This document shows positions 1-11,510 of a DNA stretch of 64,000 nucleotides, one piece after another; the stretch's first letter is position 1, and every line of letters begins with the position of its first letter. The notes below the pieces were generated by a model. It ran no database searches and was not told the DNA's origin. It worked only from the letters and a program-made list of their open reading frames with translations. A program made the position numbers and the translations under genes. The stretch comes from an uncultured Spirochaetota bacterium (GTDB taxonomy: Bacteria > Spirochaetota > Spirochaetia > SZUA-6 > Fen-1364), in the NCBI GenBank assembly GCA_963734545.1, contig CAVTHO010000008.1, positions 352,001-416,000 of the forward strand. Direction: 5' to 3'.

Positions 1-84
1 CACGATCTTTGCGCGGATGCTCATTGGCTGTCAGGATAGCGCACCCGGCTGGATCCGGTCAACGCGTGCCCCCCGTTCAACAGT

Positions 85-2046
85 ATGAGCGCCGCTGCCG
101 ATGCACAAGAGGAGATGCCCGGAGTTCCCATGCGTGTGAACGGCCTCCTGATGAAAGCCCAATCGCTCCGTCGGCACCTGCGGCTGCTGGGCCCGGATGA
201 GCTGCGCGCTGACGACGACAGATCGATATCCCCGGAGGAGCGGGAAAAGATTCTGTCCCAGATAGAGCAGGCGGTGGGCCGCAGCCGGATGAAGATCACT
301 CCGGAAACCTTCCTCTTCAAGCCTCGAAAAAGGGGAAGCGTGCTCCCCATCATCGTCAACGTCGTGGCACTCGTGGTCCTCGTGGCCGGGATTTCCGGAG
401 CCGTGCTCCTTTCGCAGCGCTCGGAGCAGACCATTACCTCCGCTCCTGTGACCCTCCTGACCGCGGAAGGCAAGATGGTGGCGGCCCTGAAAGAGCAGGC
501 ACGCCAGCAGCTCGAGGGCAAGGACAAGGAAATCGCCTCCATACGGGAGAGGCTCGCCGGCATAGACCAGGAGCGCGCCCGGATCAAGCAGGAGGCGGAC
601 GCGGCGGTGCGTCAGCGGCAGCAGGAGCTCCAGGACGCCCTCGACAAGTCCCTGGCGGCGCAGCGCGCGAAGCTTGCGGCGAGCGGTCTTTCGGAGGACG
701 CCGTTGCGCGCCGGATCAGCGACTTCGAGACGAAAAGCCGCGAGTCACTCGATGCCCAGCTCGCCTCCTTTCGCACCCAGTCCGAGGCTGATCGGGCGGA
801 GAAAGAGCGCACGATCGAGAAGCTGCAGGCAGAGTACCAGCAGTCACTTGCCGCCGCGCAGGCGGACAGGACCCGGGCACAGGAAGAGGCTGCCCGACGG
901 CAGTCAGAGCTCGAGGCAGGAAGCAGGCAGAAGCAGCTCGCCCTCGAGCAGGACAAGGCGGCAGCCCTGGCGGAGCTGGAGAAACTGCGCCAGCAGCAGG
1001 GCAGGGAACAGCTCGTCCTGGATCAATTCCTTGCGTACTACCAGAAGGCGCGGGACCAGATCCAGGCTGCCCAGCCGGGCGCGGCGCGCCAGGTGCTCGC
1101 CGATTTTCGCACGTACCTGGACAATCCGGATCTTGCGACGCTGCCCGGCATTGCGCGGCGCCGGCCGGTGGAGCTGTTCCTCATTGACTCGCTGGACCAG
1201 CTTATCCGGGCCCAGGCCGCTCCTGCCGGGGACACCCAGAATGTCCAGGCCCTCGTTGCCTCCGCCAACCTGATCGCGTCCGTGTCGGCGCTGGTGCAGC
1301 AGGGCGACGCGTTCTTCCAGGAGCAGGGCTACGTGAAGGCCCGGGAGCTTTACCTGTCGGCCCTGGCGCAGATTCCTTCCACGCAGGCCGGATACACGAA
1401 GCTCGGGGAGATCGAAAAAATCTTCGCGCTCCAGAAAAAGAGAGACGTCGCGACGCTGATGGCTGCGGGCAACGCCTCTTATAGAACCGGCAACTACGAT
1501 GGCGCGGTTCAGAACTACGGCAGGGCCCTCGAGATGCTGCAGGGGGAGCGGGGCACGGTCGACACCCTCATCTCCCAGCTCACCGACATCGGCGCGCTTC
1601 GCAAGGCAGCACAAGCGGTCGTGTTGAAGGGGCCGGACCCGGACGCCGCCGCGCGCGCGCAGAACGCTGCCTTGCTTGCCGGCCTGCGCGCACGGCTTGT
1701 CGCCGCGGGCGCGGCTGCCGGCAAACCGGCTGCGAACGAGCGGGACACCCTCGTTGCCCTGCTGGAGACAAAGCTTCTGATGCAGAAGACGCTTCTCTCC
1801 GCTGATGTGGTGAAGCAATACCCGGATCTTTACGACCGGCTCAACCAATACCTGGATGCGCTGGCCGCAGAGAGCCGGGCCGACGCGAGGCTCGAAACGC
1901 TGCGTGATATGGACACGCTTCTCGGCGCGGTTGCAGCCAGGGCAGGCCCGGGAGCGATCGATTCGCTGCTGCAGCGCTACACGGCGGCTGATCCCCGGGG
2001 CGTTCTCCTGTCTATCCTCGACAAGCTCCAGAGGCTTTCGAAATAG
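85..2046 (+). CDS. Membrane-anchored coiled-coil/TPR-containing hypothetical protein
   Basis: 653-aa ORF; one hydrophobic segment (VLPIIVNVVALVVLVAGISGAVLL), a long Q/E/A/R-rich coiled-coil region, and TPR-like helices (GDAFFQEQGYVKARELYLSAL; GNASYRTGNYDGAVQNYGRAL). Confidence 0.7.
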   Translation: MSAAADAQEEMPGVPMRVNGLLMKAQSLRRHLRLLGPDELRADDDRSISPEEREKILSQIEQAVGRSRMKITPETFLFKPRKRGSVLPIIVNVVALVVLVAGISGAVLLSQRSEQTITSAPVTLLTAEGKMVAALKEQARQQLEGKDKEIASIRERLAGIDQERARIKQEADAAVRQRQQELQDALDKSLAAQRAKLAASGLSEDAVARRISDFETKSRESLDAQLASFRTQSEADRAEKERTIEKLQAEYQQSLAAAQADRTRAQEEAARRQSELEAGSRQKQLALEQDKAAALAELEKLRQQQGREQLVLDQFLAYYQKARDQIQAAQPGAARQVLADFRTYLDNPDLATLPGIARRRPVELFLIDSLDQLIRAQAAPAGDTQNVQALVASANLIASVSALVQQGDAFFQEQGYVKARELYLSALAQIPSTQAGYTKLGEIEKIFALQKKRDVATLMAAGNASYRTGNYDGAVQNYGRALEMLQGERGTVDTLISQLTDIGALRKAAQAVVLKGPDPDAAARAQNAALLAGLRARLVAAGAAAGKPAANERDTLVALLETKLLMQKTLLSADVVKQYPDLYDRLNQYLDALAAESRADARLETLRDMDTLLGAVAARAGPGAIDSLLQRYTAADPRGVLLSILDKLQRLSK

Positions 2047-2057
2047 GGCGCGGTCCT

Positions 2058-5000
2058 TTACGGCAGACCGCGCACCAGGATCACGTACTTCTGAGTGGTG
2101 CTGCCCGACGTGTTATTCGCAAGCCAGAAACCGGCGCTGACATAGCACACTCTCGGCGTCACGCTCGTCACGTCGAAGGTGCTTCCTCCCGGCTCGGCAT
2201 TGATGCCGACGTTGAGGCTGCTCAGGTTCGTGGTGCCGTCATCCCACAGGTACAAATCGATGTCATCGAAGCCGGTCGCCCACATTGAGCGCATGCTCAG
2301 CCTGCTCAGCCCTGCAATCGTCGTGAACTTGTAGGTGTCGTTCTTATTGAAGGCATCCATGGTCCCCTCAATAACGATGGTCTGGTTCGCGCCGAACGTC
2401 GTGACGAGCATGTCACTGACCTGCGGAGAAGGGCTAGGGCCTATCGCATTGTTGTTCTCCGCACCCTCCGCGTAGCGATAGTCCCCGATGGCGCACGGGT
2501 GCGGCGCAATGACGACGTCATTCGTAGGATTGTTGTCATCAGAGGTATTTATGGAAGCAATCAGGTAGTAAAGCTGGCCCGGCGCTGCAGGCCAGTTCGC
2601 CCCGAAAGTGATGACTGTGGTCCCCGAGCCTGCCAGAGGCCCGATTGTGTTCCCCTGGACCAGCGTGTCACGCGCGTCGAGCACGTTGTCCGTCGAAAGG
2701 TAAACTGCCCAGGTGATGTTCTGGACGCCCGGATTGACGCTCAGATTCTGAATGGTCATCTGGGTCGTGCCGGTGAGGTTCATGGCCGTGCCCACCAGAC
2801 CGCTCCAGGGAATGGCTGCGTTGAAGACTGCCGTGTAGTCGGGCTGGGGAGGAGTGGTGACCGCGATCGAGCCCGATGCAACATCCGGAATCGACGCATC
2901 GTCCGCGGTGAATACCCGCACGACGATGTAATAGGTTCCCGCCGTCACCGGCCAGACCCCTGCGTAGCCAGGGGAGGATGTGGCGGAAATGCCCAGGGGG
3001 CCGAACGAGCCCGTGGCGAGAAGCGTGTCGCCCACGTCGTACGTGTTGTTGCCCAGGGAGGCATAGACCTCCCAGTTCACGGTGGTGACCCCCGCCGCTG
3101 TGCCGGTGTTCTGCACGGTGAAGTTCCCGTTCACTGCCTGCTGCGTCTTGTTGCCCGCCGGCAGAGGCACCACGGTGATAAAGTAATTGGGTGCCAGGGT
3201 CGTCACGCTGATCGGTATCGAGGCTGTCCAGTTGTTTGCCGCATTGGTGTCATCGGAGGCGTTTGCTTCCACGATCAGGTACCAGGTTCCCGCGGTCACG
3301 AGGCCAGGTGCCGGCAAACGGGATGACGGCCGACGTGCCGGACCCGGGGAGCGGGCCTGTGGAGCTTGTGGCGATGACCGGGTCGGTGACCTGGAGGACG
3401 GGATCCGAGGAGACATGGGCTGTCCAGGTGATGCTCGAAACGCCGTTGTTCACGCCGTTGTTGTGGATGGTGAAGTTTCCCGTCACCGGGCCGCCCGTGG
3501 AGGTGCCACCGGTATTGTTCACCACGGACACGATATAGTTGATGTCAGGCGGATTGACCGTTACGTTGGAGGATGCGAGGGTATTGTTGCCGGAGACCAG
3601 GTCGTCCCCTGCGCCTGCCTCGACAATGAGGAAATAGATTTTCACAGTGGATGAGCTGGGCCAGGTTCCCGCAAAGGGGATGACCGCCGAGCTGGCCCCT
3701 GCGCCGAGACCAGGAGAGGGCAGAAATCCGGAGCTCACCAGCGCATCGGTGCCGATCTGCAGCGTCGCATCGGTGGAGAGATACGCGCGCCAGGGAACAA
3801 ACTGTGTCCCCGCATGGGTGCCGATATTCCTGAGGGTCACGTTGCCGGCGAGGGCGCTGCCCGCCGTTGTACCGCCCGTGTTGTTGACGCTGAGAACCGT
3901 GTAGTCGACATTCGGCGCGCTGGTAGGAGTCGGCGCGGTCACGCCCAGGTTGTTTCCCGCGTTCACGTCTTCTGCCACGGAGAGAGAGACAATGAGATAC
4001 CAGGTGCCTGCCGCGGATGGCCACGTGCCGTTGAAGGTCGTGGGGATTCCGGATGTAGTTGCGGCAGGCATCGCGGAGACGACTCCGGAATCTACTACCG
4101 TATCAGTTCCGATCTGAAGGGCGGCATCGCTCGAAAGATAGGCGGTCCAGACGACGCTCTGGCTGCCGTCTTGCGTGCCTCCATTGCGATACGTGAAGTT
4201 ACCTGACAGCGGGTCCCCGGCGGTTGCACCCCCTGTGTTGTTCAGGGAGGCAATGGTGTAGTCCACGTTGGGCGCCGTGATGACAACCGCTGCGCTCGAC
4301 GTGATGTTGTTTGTCGGAACGATGTCGTCGGATGCGGAGATCGACACGATGAGATGCCATGTGCCGGGCGCGGCAGGCCATGCGCCCGTGAAGGGCACCG
4401 CGCTCGAGCTCGGCGTAGGACCAAGGGGCCCCACGGAGCCTGAATCGATCACCGTGTCAGTCCCGAGCTGCAGCGTCGTGTCGGCGGATACATATGCGGT
4501 CCAGTAGACGAGCTGCGCGCCGGCGTCCGCACCACTGTTGGCAAAGGTGAAATTGCCCGTCAGCGGCTTGCCCGCCGTTGTGCCTCCCGTGCTGGTCACG
4601 ACCGTGATCGAGTAGTTGACATTGGCCGGGGCGGCACCCGTGGTTGTATATGTGCTGACGCTGGCCGTGACGTCATTCAACAGATCGATGTCATCCGCAG
4701 AAATGGCAGCCGCGACCAGGTACCAGGTGCCGGGAGTTGAAGGCCAGGTACCGCTGAAATCGATGGCTGGGGATGTTGCTCCGCCGGCCAGCCCGGCAAT
4801 AAAGCCTCCGGCAAGGAAGTAATCAGTCGCCGCGTCGAACGTCGTGTCCGTGGAAGCGCGCACCTGCCAGAGCACGCCTGCGCTGCCGGCGGCAGTGCCC
4901 TGGTTGCGGATGGTAAAAGTGCCCGTCATGGCCGCACCGGCGGAAGTGCCGCCGGTGTTGCTGACGGCCGGGATCACATAGTCTATATTCTGCGGGTTCA

Positions 5001-5976
5001 GGGCAATCGCGCTGGCTGCCGAGATGTTGTTCCCGGGAGTCGTATCATCGTTGGAAGTGACCTGGACGATCAGGTAGTAGGGCCCGACGGCCACGGCGGG
5101 GAAGCTGCCTCCTGTAACAGGGACAGCCGAGTTGCTTGCTCCGGCGGCAAGTGCGCCGGTCGTGCCGCTTGCCACCACCGAGTCCCCTGCGTCCAGGGTG
5201 GCGTTGGCCGAGAGATAGACCTTCCAGTCAACCGGTTGGGTTCCCGCGCCTGTCCCGTTGTTTTTCAGGGCAAAGGTCTGCCCGCCGGGCAGGGCGGTTG
5301 AGACTGTGCCGGTACCGGAAAGGGATGTTCCCGTGATGGTGTAGTCGACGGTCGAAAATGGAACCACCGTCACCGTCGCCGTGACGGCAGGAGATACCCC
5401 GTCGTTCAGATCCACGTAGTCAGTGCCCGGCGTGGAGCCGGCGGTATAGAATCCCGTTCCCGCGTTGATAACGGGATTGACGGAGCCGGGGGATGCCTGG
5501 AGAGAGAAAGTGTAGGACGGGGACGGGATCCCGCCAACGGCGACAAACGTCATGCTCGCGCCGACGCTGAGAGTGATCGACAGGGGACTGATTGCGAGAG
5601 CTGTCCCCACCGGTTGGATTGTCACCGCGGCGTCGACAGTCTTGCCTGTCTTATCGGTGACCCTGATGAGCGCGGAGCCCGCGGACGCCGGCGTGTAGGC
5701 GCCGGTCGTGGTATTGAGGCCGGAAGGACCTGAAACGAGCGCATAGACGTAAGGCGCCACTCCTCCGACGACGGTGAAGTTGATCGTGTTTCCCGCAATC
5801 ACGACCGTTACGGAAGGGCTGATGGAAAGCGCTTTCCCCTGCGGGCCGTCGAGAACATCGCGAAGCTCGTACGGCATGCAGCCGAAAAGAATGGCAAGAG
5901 CTGTCGACGCGAGAAGCACGAGCCTGATCGCCCGTGTGCGTCCATGCAGACGGCGCGCCCGATCAGAATCGCACAT
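2058..5976 (-). CDS. Large surface lipoprotein (~1,300 aa) with eight CARDB/Ig-like repeats and a C-terminal PPC-like domain; one frameshift near 3300
   Basis: Lipobox LAILFG-C. Eight ~120-aa repeats follow (xDY...GNFT..N.G...V.W..Y.S.D...GTWP...GTWYLIV...D....NN), then DTYKF/DIDLYLWD at the C-terminus. ORFs 3250..5997 and 2058..3416 join as GTWP-VTAGTWYL if one base is removed. Confidence 0.75.
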
Positions 5977-7039
5977 ACATCGATACCTCCGGCGCAAACG
6001 CCATGATCACGAGAGAGCTTTCCAGGAATGCCACGTAGCTTGCCTCGAGAGCCAGCCCGAAGGAGGGAGAAAACGGCAGCTCCAGAGTCAACCCTCCCAG
6101 CACGTAGGGTATGATCTTCGACTCGTTCCCGGTGTAGCTCGCTTTGACACTCATCAGCGCGGGCCCGCCGCTCACGTGCAGGATGATGCCGGGGAAAGCC
6201 CCCGAGTTAAGCAGGTATTGCAGGTTTGCGCCGATCGGGATGATGAGGATATCCGCGGTGGAGACTGCGCCTGTCGCGCTAAGCATGCAAACTCCGGAGA
6301 GAATCCCCGCCTCCAGTGCCCCGGCGGCGAACCGGAAGCGCATGTCCACCGAAAAGGTAGCGAGCAGCCCGAGCTTGGCATAGTCGCTGGCAGGGCCGGT
6401 GGCGATCATCGGCGCGGCCCCGCTGGAGATTCCGAAGAGTTTCCACGGCTGGGTGCTGTCCGCGTCGGATACGACTGCCGGCGCTGTTGTCGGCTCGCGG
6501 GGCGTGCCGGTTGCCGGAGGAATCGGCTGCGGGGTCGTCTCTGCCGGCGGGGCCACGACAACCGCCGAAGCCTGGCGGAACTGGATTCCGGACAGGGTCT
6601 TTTCAAGGGCCTGGGCAACGATGGTGTCCAGCGACAGGTTGATCCTGCCCGACGACGCGGCAGAGCGGATCTTCTCACCGGTGGTCACATTGTAGAGATC
6701 GACTTGCAGAAGGATTTCCGAGGTCGTGGTCGAATAGGTGCCTATGAGCAGGTATTCAGCGTTCTGGGAGGCTGCCTCCGAAAGGGCGCGGCGCAGGGTG
6801 AACGCCGCCTCTTCTCCCGAGTCTGCCAGATGGAGAGCCGCTTTTCTGAGCGTGAACTGCACCGTGAACGAGCCTGCCAGAACGTCGTGGAGCGAGCGGT
6901 CCGCGCCGGTCGCGGGCAGGATGACGCCCAGGACGCCTGATCCCGGCGAGCGCCCGGCAGCGCCGCTGAATCCAGAGGCCAGCATCACGAGAATCACCGC
7001 AATGAGAAGACGCCGACCAGCCAGAATACCCACCTCCAC
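5963..7039 (-). CDS. Secreted protein with N-terminal alpha/beta domain, Pro-rich linker and predicted C-terminal outer-membrane beta-barrel
   Basis: Signal peptide; PPAETTPQPIPPATGTP linker; alternating amphipathic strands ending in MYVRF (terminal Phe); stop overlaps the start of the repeat lipoprotein. Confidence 0.6.
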   Translation of the reverse strand: MEVGILAGRRLLIAVILVMLASGFSGAAGRSPGSGVLGVILPATGADRSLHDVLAGSFTVQFTLRKAALHLADSGEEAAFTLRRALSEAASQNAEYLLIGTYSTTTSEILLQVDLYNVTTGEKIRSAASSGRINLSLDTIVAQALEKTLSGIQFRQASAVVVAPPAETTPQPIPPATGTPREPTTAPAVVSDADSTQPWKLFGISSGAAPMIATGPASDYAKLGLLATFSVDMRFRFAAGALEAGILSGVCMLSATGAVSTADILIIPIGANLQYLLNSGAFPGIILHVSGGPALMSVKASYTGNESKIIPYVLGGLTLELPFSPSFGLALEASYVAFLESSLVIMAFAPEVSMYVRF

Positions 7040-7157
7040 CCGGTACAGGTTGCGGAAATCGAATGACTTTTTGCATATTGCTGTCAGTAGAATTGTAGTG
7101 CGGTGTAGGCACGGTTTCCAGATTATCTGATATTATACGGCAAATGGAGGAAGAAAT

Positions 7158-7457
7158 ATGAAGGCAATGGCGCTCGTGGTTACCCTGACTCTCCTGCTGG
7201 TGATGCTTGTCGGCTGCGCGCCCGGTCCAAATGAGCTGATCGGTACTGGCACCGAGAAGTCGGCAGGGTTCTGGCAGGGTCTCTGGCATGGGGTCATCGC
7301 CCCCATTACATTCATCATCTCCATTTTCAACAAAAACGTCCAAATGTACGAGGTGCACAATAAGGGGAGCTGGTACAATCTCGGTTTCCTGCTCGGCATG
7401 AGCATCATTTTCGGCGGCGGTGGAGCATCCGCCAGGGGATCGAGGCGCCGGGACTAG
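7158..7457 (+). CDS. Small conserved membrane lipoprotein
   Basis: RBS GGAGG; lipobox LVG-C; GFWQGLWHG and WYNLGFLLG motifs. Confidence 0.7.
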   Translation: MKAMALVVTLTLLLVMLVGCAPGPNELIGTGTEKSAGFWQGLWHGVIAPITFIISIFNKNVQMYEVHNKGSWYNLGFLLGMSIIFGGGGASARGSRRRD

Positions 7458-7506
7458 GTACGAGCAGCGACCGGGTCACAGCCGCCGCACTGAACACAAC
7501 GCCGTT

Positions 7507-9198
7507 CTACCCCGTAACCGCCCCTCGGCTGGCAGAAGAGACGAGCCGGGCATACTTGGCAAGGGCACCGGTGGCGTAGGCGATTTCTCTGGGTTTCCAG
7601 GTCTTGCGGCGGCTCGCGATCTCGGCCGGTGAAAGGTCCACGGAAAGGGTCTTTGCGCGGGCATCGATGGTGATCACGTCCCCATCCTTCAGCAATGCGA
7701 TGGTGCCGCCGTCTCTTGCCTCGGGTGATATGTGACCCACCAGCATTCCGTGGCTGCCGCCGGAGAACCTGCCGTCCGTGATCAGCGCAACGTCACGCAT
7801 GAGACCGGCCCCTGCCAGGGCTGAGGTAGGCGCCAGCATCTCCCGCATTCCCGGGCCGCCGCGCGGACCCTCATTGCGGATCACCACGGTGTCACCCTTC
7901 CTGATTGCCTTGTTCAGAATCGCCTCGAGGGCCTGTTCCTCGCTCTCGAATACTCTTGCCGGACCCCGATGAACGAACTCTCCGATCCCGACGGTTTTCA
8001 GCACGGCGCCTTCCTCGGCAAGATTACCCATGAGGATGCTGATCGGTCCCTTCGGGCTCACGGGCTTTTCGAAGGAATGGATCACGTCCTGCCCGCCGAG
8101 GTCCGTGGACACGCCCTCGAGGTTTTCCGCAACGGTGCGGCCCGTCACGGTGAGGCAGTCCCCGTGCAGCAGGCCCTCGTCCAGCAGCATGCGCATCACC
8201 TTCTGCACTCCTCCGACCCGGAACAGCTCGTTCATCGAGTACTTTCCGGCAGGTTTCAGGTCGCAGAGAGTCGGTGTTGAATCATAGAAAGAATTAAAGT
8301 CCCGAATGTCCAGCTTCACACCCGCCTCCACGGCGAGGGCCAGAAGGTGCAGCACGGCATTGGTGGAGCCGCCGACGGCGAGCGACACCCGGATGGAGTT
8401 CTCGAACGCTTCCCGGGTCATGATCTGGCGCGGCGTGATGCCGCGGCGAACAAGCTCCATGAGGGCCTGGCCGGCCCGGACCAGGTCATCCTTCTTGCCG
8501 GCATTGACCGCCGGAATGCAGGCATTGCCCGGCAGGCTCATGCCGATTGCCTCCATGGCCGACGCCATGGTGTTGGCGGTATACATGCCCCCGCAGGCCC
8601 CGGGTCCCGGGCAGGCGGCGCATTCGATCCCATGCCTCTCCTGCTCGCTGATTTCTCCCGTGCTGAACTTCCCCACCGCCTCGAAGGCGCTTACGATATC
8701 GACATTTCTTCCATTATGTGTGCCCGGGAGGATCGAACCCCCGTAGACGAAAACACTGGGCAGATCCAGTCGCGCCATTGCCATGACCGTGCCCGGGATG
8801 GTCTTGTCGCACCCGCCTATTCCGAGAATGGCATCCATCTGGTGACCCCGCACGACCAGCTCGATAGCGTCCGCAATCACCTCCCTGCTCACCAGGGAAC
8901 ACTTCATTCCCTCATGACCCATGGCCTCACCATCGGTCACCACGAACGTGTTGAACTTCAACGGAACACCGCCGGATTCACGAATCGCGCCTTTGGCCAT
9001 GGCCGCAAGGTCGTCCAGATGCACATTGCACGGAGAAACTTCGCTCCCCGCGCTGGCAATGGCAATGATGGGCTTGTCGAAGTCTTCGTCGGTGAATCCG
9101 ACCGCGCGAAGCATTGCGCGGTTGGGCATCCGCGAGACGCCCTCCGTCATGATCCTGCTGCGCGTGTTCAGCTTTTCAGTGGAAGTTTTCATGGTCAC
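7507..9198 (-). CDS. ilvD: Dihydroxy-acid dehydratase
   Basis: SPCNVHL, GGCDKTIPG, CGGMYTANTM, GGPGMREM, TDGRFSG motifs. Confidence 0.97.
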   Translation of the reverse strand: MTMKTSTEKLNTRSRIMTEGVSRMPNRAMLRAVGFTDEDFDKPIIAIASAGSEVSPCNVHLDDLAAMAKGAIRESGGVPLKFNTFVVTDGEAMGHEGMKCSLVSREVIADAIELVVRGHQMDAILGIGGCDKTIPGTVMAMARLDLPSVFVYGGSILPGTHNGRNVDIVSAFEAVGKFSTGEISEQERHGIECAACPGPGACGGMYTANTMASAMEAIGMSLPGNACIPAVNAGKKDDLVRAGQALMELVRRGITPRQIMTREAFENSIRVSLAVGGSTNAVLHLLALAVEAGVKLDIRDFNSFYDSTPTLCDLKPAGKYSMNELFRVGGVQKVMRMLLDEGLLHGDCLTVTGRTVAENLEGVSTDLGGQDVIHSFEKPVSPKGPISILMGNLAEEGAVLKTVGIGEFVHRGPARVFESEEQALEAILNKAIRKGDTVVIRNEGPRGGPGMREMLAPTSALAGAGLMRDVALITDGRFSGGSHGMLVGHISPEARDGGTIALLKDGDVITIDARAKTLSVDLSPAEIASRRKTWKPREIAYATGALAKYARLVSSASRGAVTG

Positions 9199-9704
9199 GT
9201 GACCTCCTGTCCGCGCGCAACGATGACCTTGCCGGTCCGCACCATCTCGATCACCCCGTAACGGTCCAGCATCCGATGCAGGGCGTCCACCTTCTCCGTG
9301 TTTCCCGTGACCTGCACGGTGAGGGCCGAATCGGTCAGGTCCACGACCTGGCCCTTGAAGGTATGCACCACATCCAGCACTTCCGTGCGTTTTTCCGGAG
9401 GGCAGCGCACCTTGACCAGCGCGAGCTCTCTCTGGATGACGTCTTTCCCCGTGTTGTCCGCGGCATGCACCACGTCCACGAGCTTGTTGAGCTGCTTGAT
9501 GATGTGGCCGATGGTTTTCTCGTCTCCCGTTGCCACGATGTTCATGTGCGAGAAGTCCGGATCGTATGCCTCGGAGACCACGAGGCTGTCGATATTGAAG
9601 CCCCGCCGGGCGAACACGAGCGCCACGCGGTTGAGAACACCGAACTTGTTCGCCACGTAGAGGCTCACCAGGTGCTTTTTCATTCCCCCATTGGTCGGGC
9701 TCAT
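9195..9704 (-). CDS. ilvN: Acetolactate synthase regulatory subunit
   Basis: ACT domain NKFGVLNRV...[32 protein letters not shown]; lies between ilvB and ilvD. Confidence 0.95.
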   Translation of the reverse strand: MSPTNGGMKKHLVSLYVANKFGVLNRVALVFARRGFNIDSLVVSEAYDPDFSHMNIVATGDEKTIGHIIKQLNKLVDVVHAADNTGKDVIQRELALVKVRCPPEKRTEVLDVVHTFKGQVVDLTDSALTVQVTGNTEKVDALHRMLDRYGVIEMVRTGKVIVARGQEVT

Positions 9705-11410
9705 TTACGTTCCTTCCGGGGAGGGCCGAGGATCATGTCCTTGATCGAAGATCCCGCCGGGATCATGGGGAACACATTATCTTCCTTGGACACTTCCGCG
9801 TCGATGACGACCGGCCCCTCCGTCCAGGCAAGGGCTTTCTGGAGCACGGTGCGCACGTCGCCGCTCCTCTTGATCCTGAAGGCCTTGCACCCGTAGCTCT
9901 CCGCAAGCTTGACGAAGTCGGGGTTGCCGACCAGGTCCACGCCGGAGAGGCGGTTCTCCCAGAAGAGGTTCTGCCACTGCCGCACCATGCCCAGAAAATG
10001 GTTGTTGATGATCAGAATCTTCAGGGGCAGCTTGAGGTTCACCGCGGTGGCAAGCTCGTACATGGTCATCTGGAACCCGCCGTCACCCACGATGGCGCAG
10101 ACCAGCTCTTTCGGCTGCGCGAGCTGCGCTCCGATTGCGGCGGGAAAGCCGAATCCCATCGTGCCCGCGCCGCCTGACGTGATCCAGTGGAAACGTTCAT
10201 CCGTCCGGTAGAACTGCGCGGCCCACATCTGGTGCTGGCCCACGTCCGTGGTGACGATCGCCTTGCCTTCGGTAAGCTGGTACAGCTCGTCGATCACGAG
10301 CTGCGCCTCGAATGTCCCCCGCCGATGATAGTGAAGCGGGTACGCCTTTCTCCACTCCTCTATCCGCGCCAGCCACTCCGACGTGTCCCCCGGCTCGAGG
10401 TGGCGGTTCAGCTCGGCCAGGACGGCGCGCGCGTCTCCGACGATCGCGCATTCCATTGCGTACAGCTTGTTGATCTCTGCCGGGTCGATGTCGATGTGGA
10501 TCTTCACCGCGTCCGGACAGAACGTGGCAGGGGTGCCGGTGATCCTGTCGTCCCAGCGTGAGCCCACCGACATGATGAGATCGCAGTCCACGACCGCCTT
10601 GTTCGCATAGGCCGTCCCATGCATACCCAGCATGCCGACGGAAAGCGGGTGTGTTTCCGGGAAAGCTCCCTTGCCCAGGAGCGTGTTGGTGACGGGGATC
10701 TTCATCTTCTCCGCCAGCGTGCGCAGCTCCGCGCCCGCGCCGGAGATCACCGCGCCATGCCCCACGAGCAGGAGCGGCCGCTTTGCCGCGTGCAGCATCT
10801 TTGCCGCGCAGGCAATCTGCTCAGCATCACCGGCCTCCGGGACCCTGTAGCCGGGAAGGTGGAACTCGTCATCTTCCCGCAGCTCGATTGTTGCGTTGGA
10901 GCAGTTGCGCGGGATGTCCACCAGCACGGGGCCCGGTCTTCCGGACTGTGCGATGTAGAACGCCTCTCTCAGGACCCGGGGTATATCGGACGCGGTCTTG
11001 ACCAGATAGGAATGTTTCACGATGGGAAGCGATATCCCCGAAACATCGGCCTCCTGGAATGCGTCCATTCCGAGGTCCGCCACATTTGCCTGACCGGTAA
11101 TCACCACCATGGGTACCGAATCCATCTGCGCGGTGAGAATGCCGGTAATGGTATTCGTGGCGCCGGGTCCCGAGGTGACAAGCACAACGGCAGGCTTCCC
11201 GCACGCGCGCGCGTAACCGTCCGCCATGTGCGTGGCGCCCTGCTCGTGCCGCGTCAGCACGAGATGGATGGAGGAATCGACCAGCGCATCGAACAGGGGA
11301 ATGGCCGCCCCGCCGGGCAGGCCGAATACGTATTTCACCCCCTGTTTTTCCAGTATGTGCACCACGGCCTGGGCGCCCGTGCACCTTCGTCCATTTGTTT
11401 TCTCTTCCAT
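9701..11410 (-). CDS. ilvB: Acetolactate synthase large subunit
   Basis: [45 protein letters not shown]...NN TPP motif, LGMVRQWQ. Confidence 0.97.
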   Translation of the reverse strand: MEEKTNGRRCTGAQAVVHILEKQGVKYVFGLPGGAAIPLFDALVDSSIHLVLTRHEQGATHMADGYARACGKPAVVLVTSGPGATNTITGILTAQMDSVPMVVITGQANVADLGMDAFQEADVSGISLPIVKHSYLVKTASDIPRVLREAFYIAQSGRPGPVLVDIPRNCSNATIELREDDEFHLPGYRVPEAGDAEQIACAAKMLHAAKRPLLLVGHGAVISGAGAELRTLAEKMKIPVTNTLLGKGAFPETHPLSVGMLGMHGTAYANKAVVDCDLIMSVGSRWDDRITGTPATFCPDAVKIHIDIDPAEINKLYAMECAIVGDARAVLAELNRHLEPGDTSEWLARIEEWRKAYPLHYHRRGTFEAQLVIDELYQLTEGKAIVTTDVGQHQMWAAQFYRTDERFHWITSGGAGTMGFGFPAAIGAQLAQPKELVCAIVGDGGFQMTMYELATAVNLKLPLKILIINNHFLGMVRQWQNLFWENRLSGVDLVGNPDFVKLAESYGCKAFRIKRSGDVRTVLQKALAWTEGPVVIDAEVSKEDNVFPMIPAGSSIKDMILGPPRKERK

Positions 11411-11510
11411 GGCTCCGTCTTGCCTTTAAGGTACTCTCCAATCGCAGGTGCGGCCAACAGAATTTCTCCTGCATGAACCGAAATCCTTGACTCCGGCGGC
11501 CAAAAAGGAT

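Noticed and set aside
2058-5976. Diversity-generating or phase-variable repeat cassette
   Set aside because: The repeats are diverged protein-domain repeats; I saw no near-identical template/variable pair, reverse transcriptase or invertase
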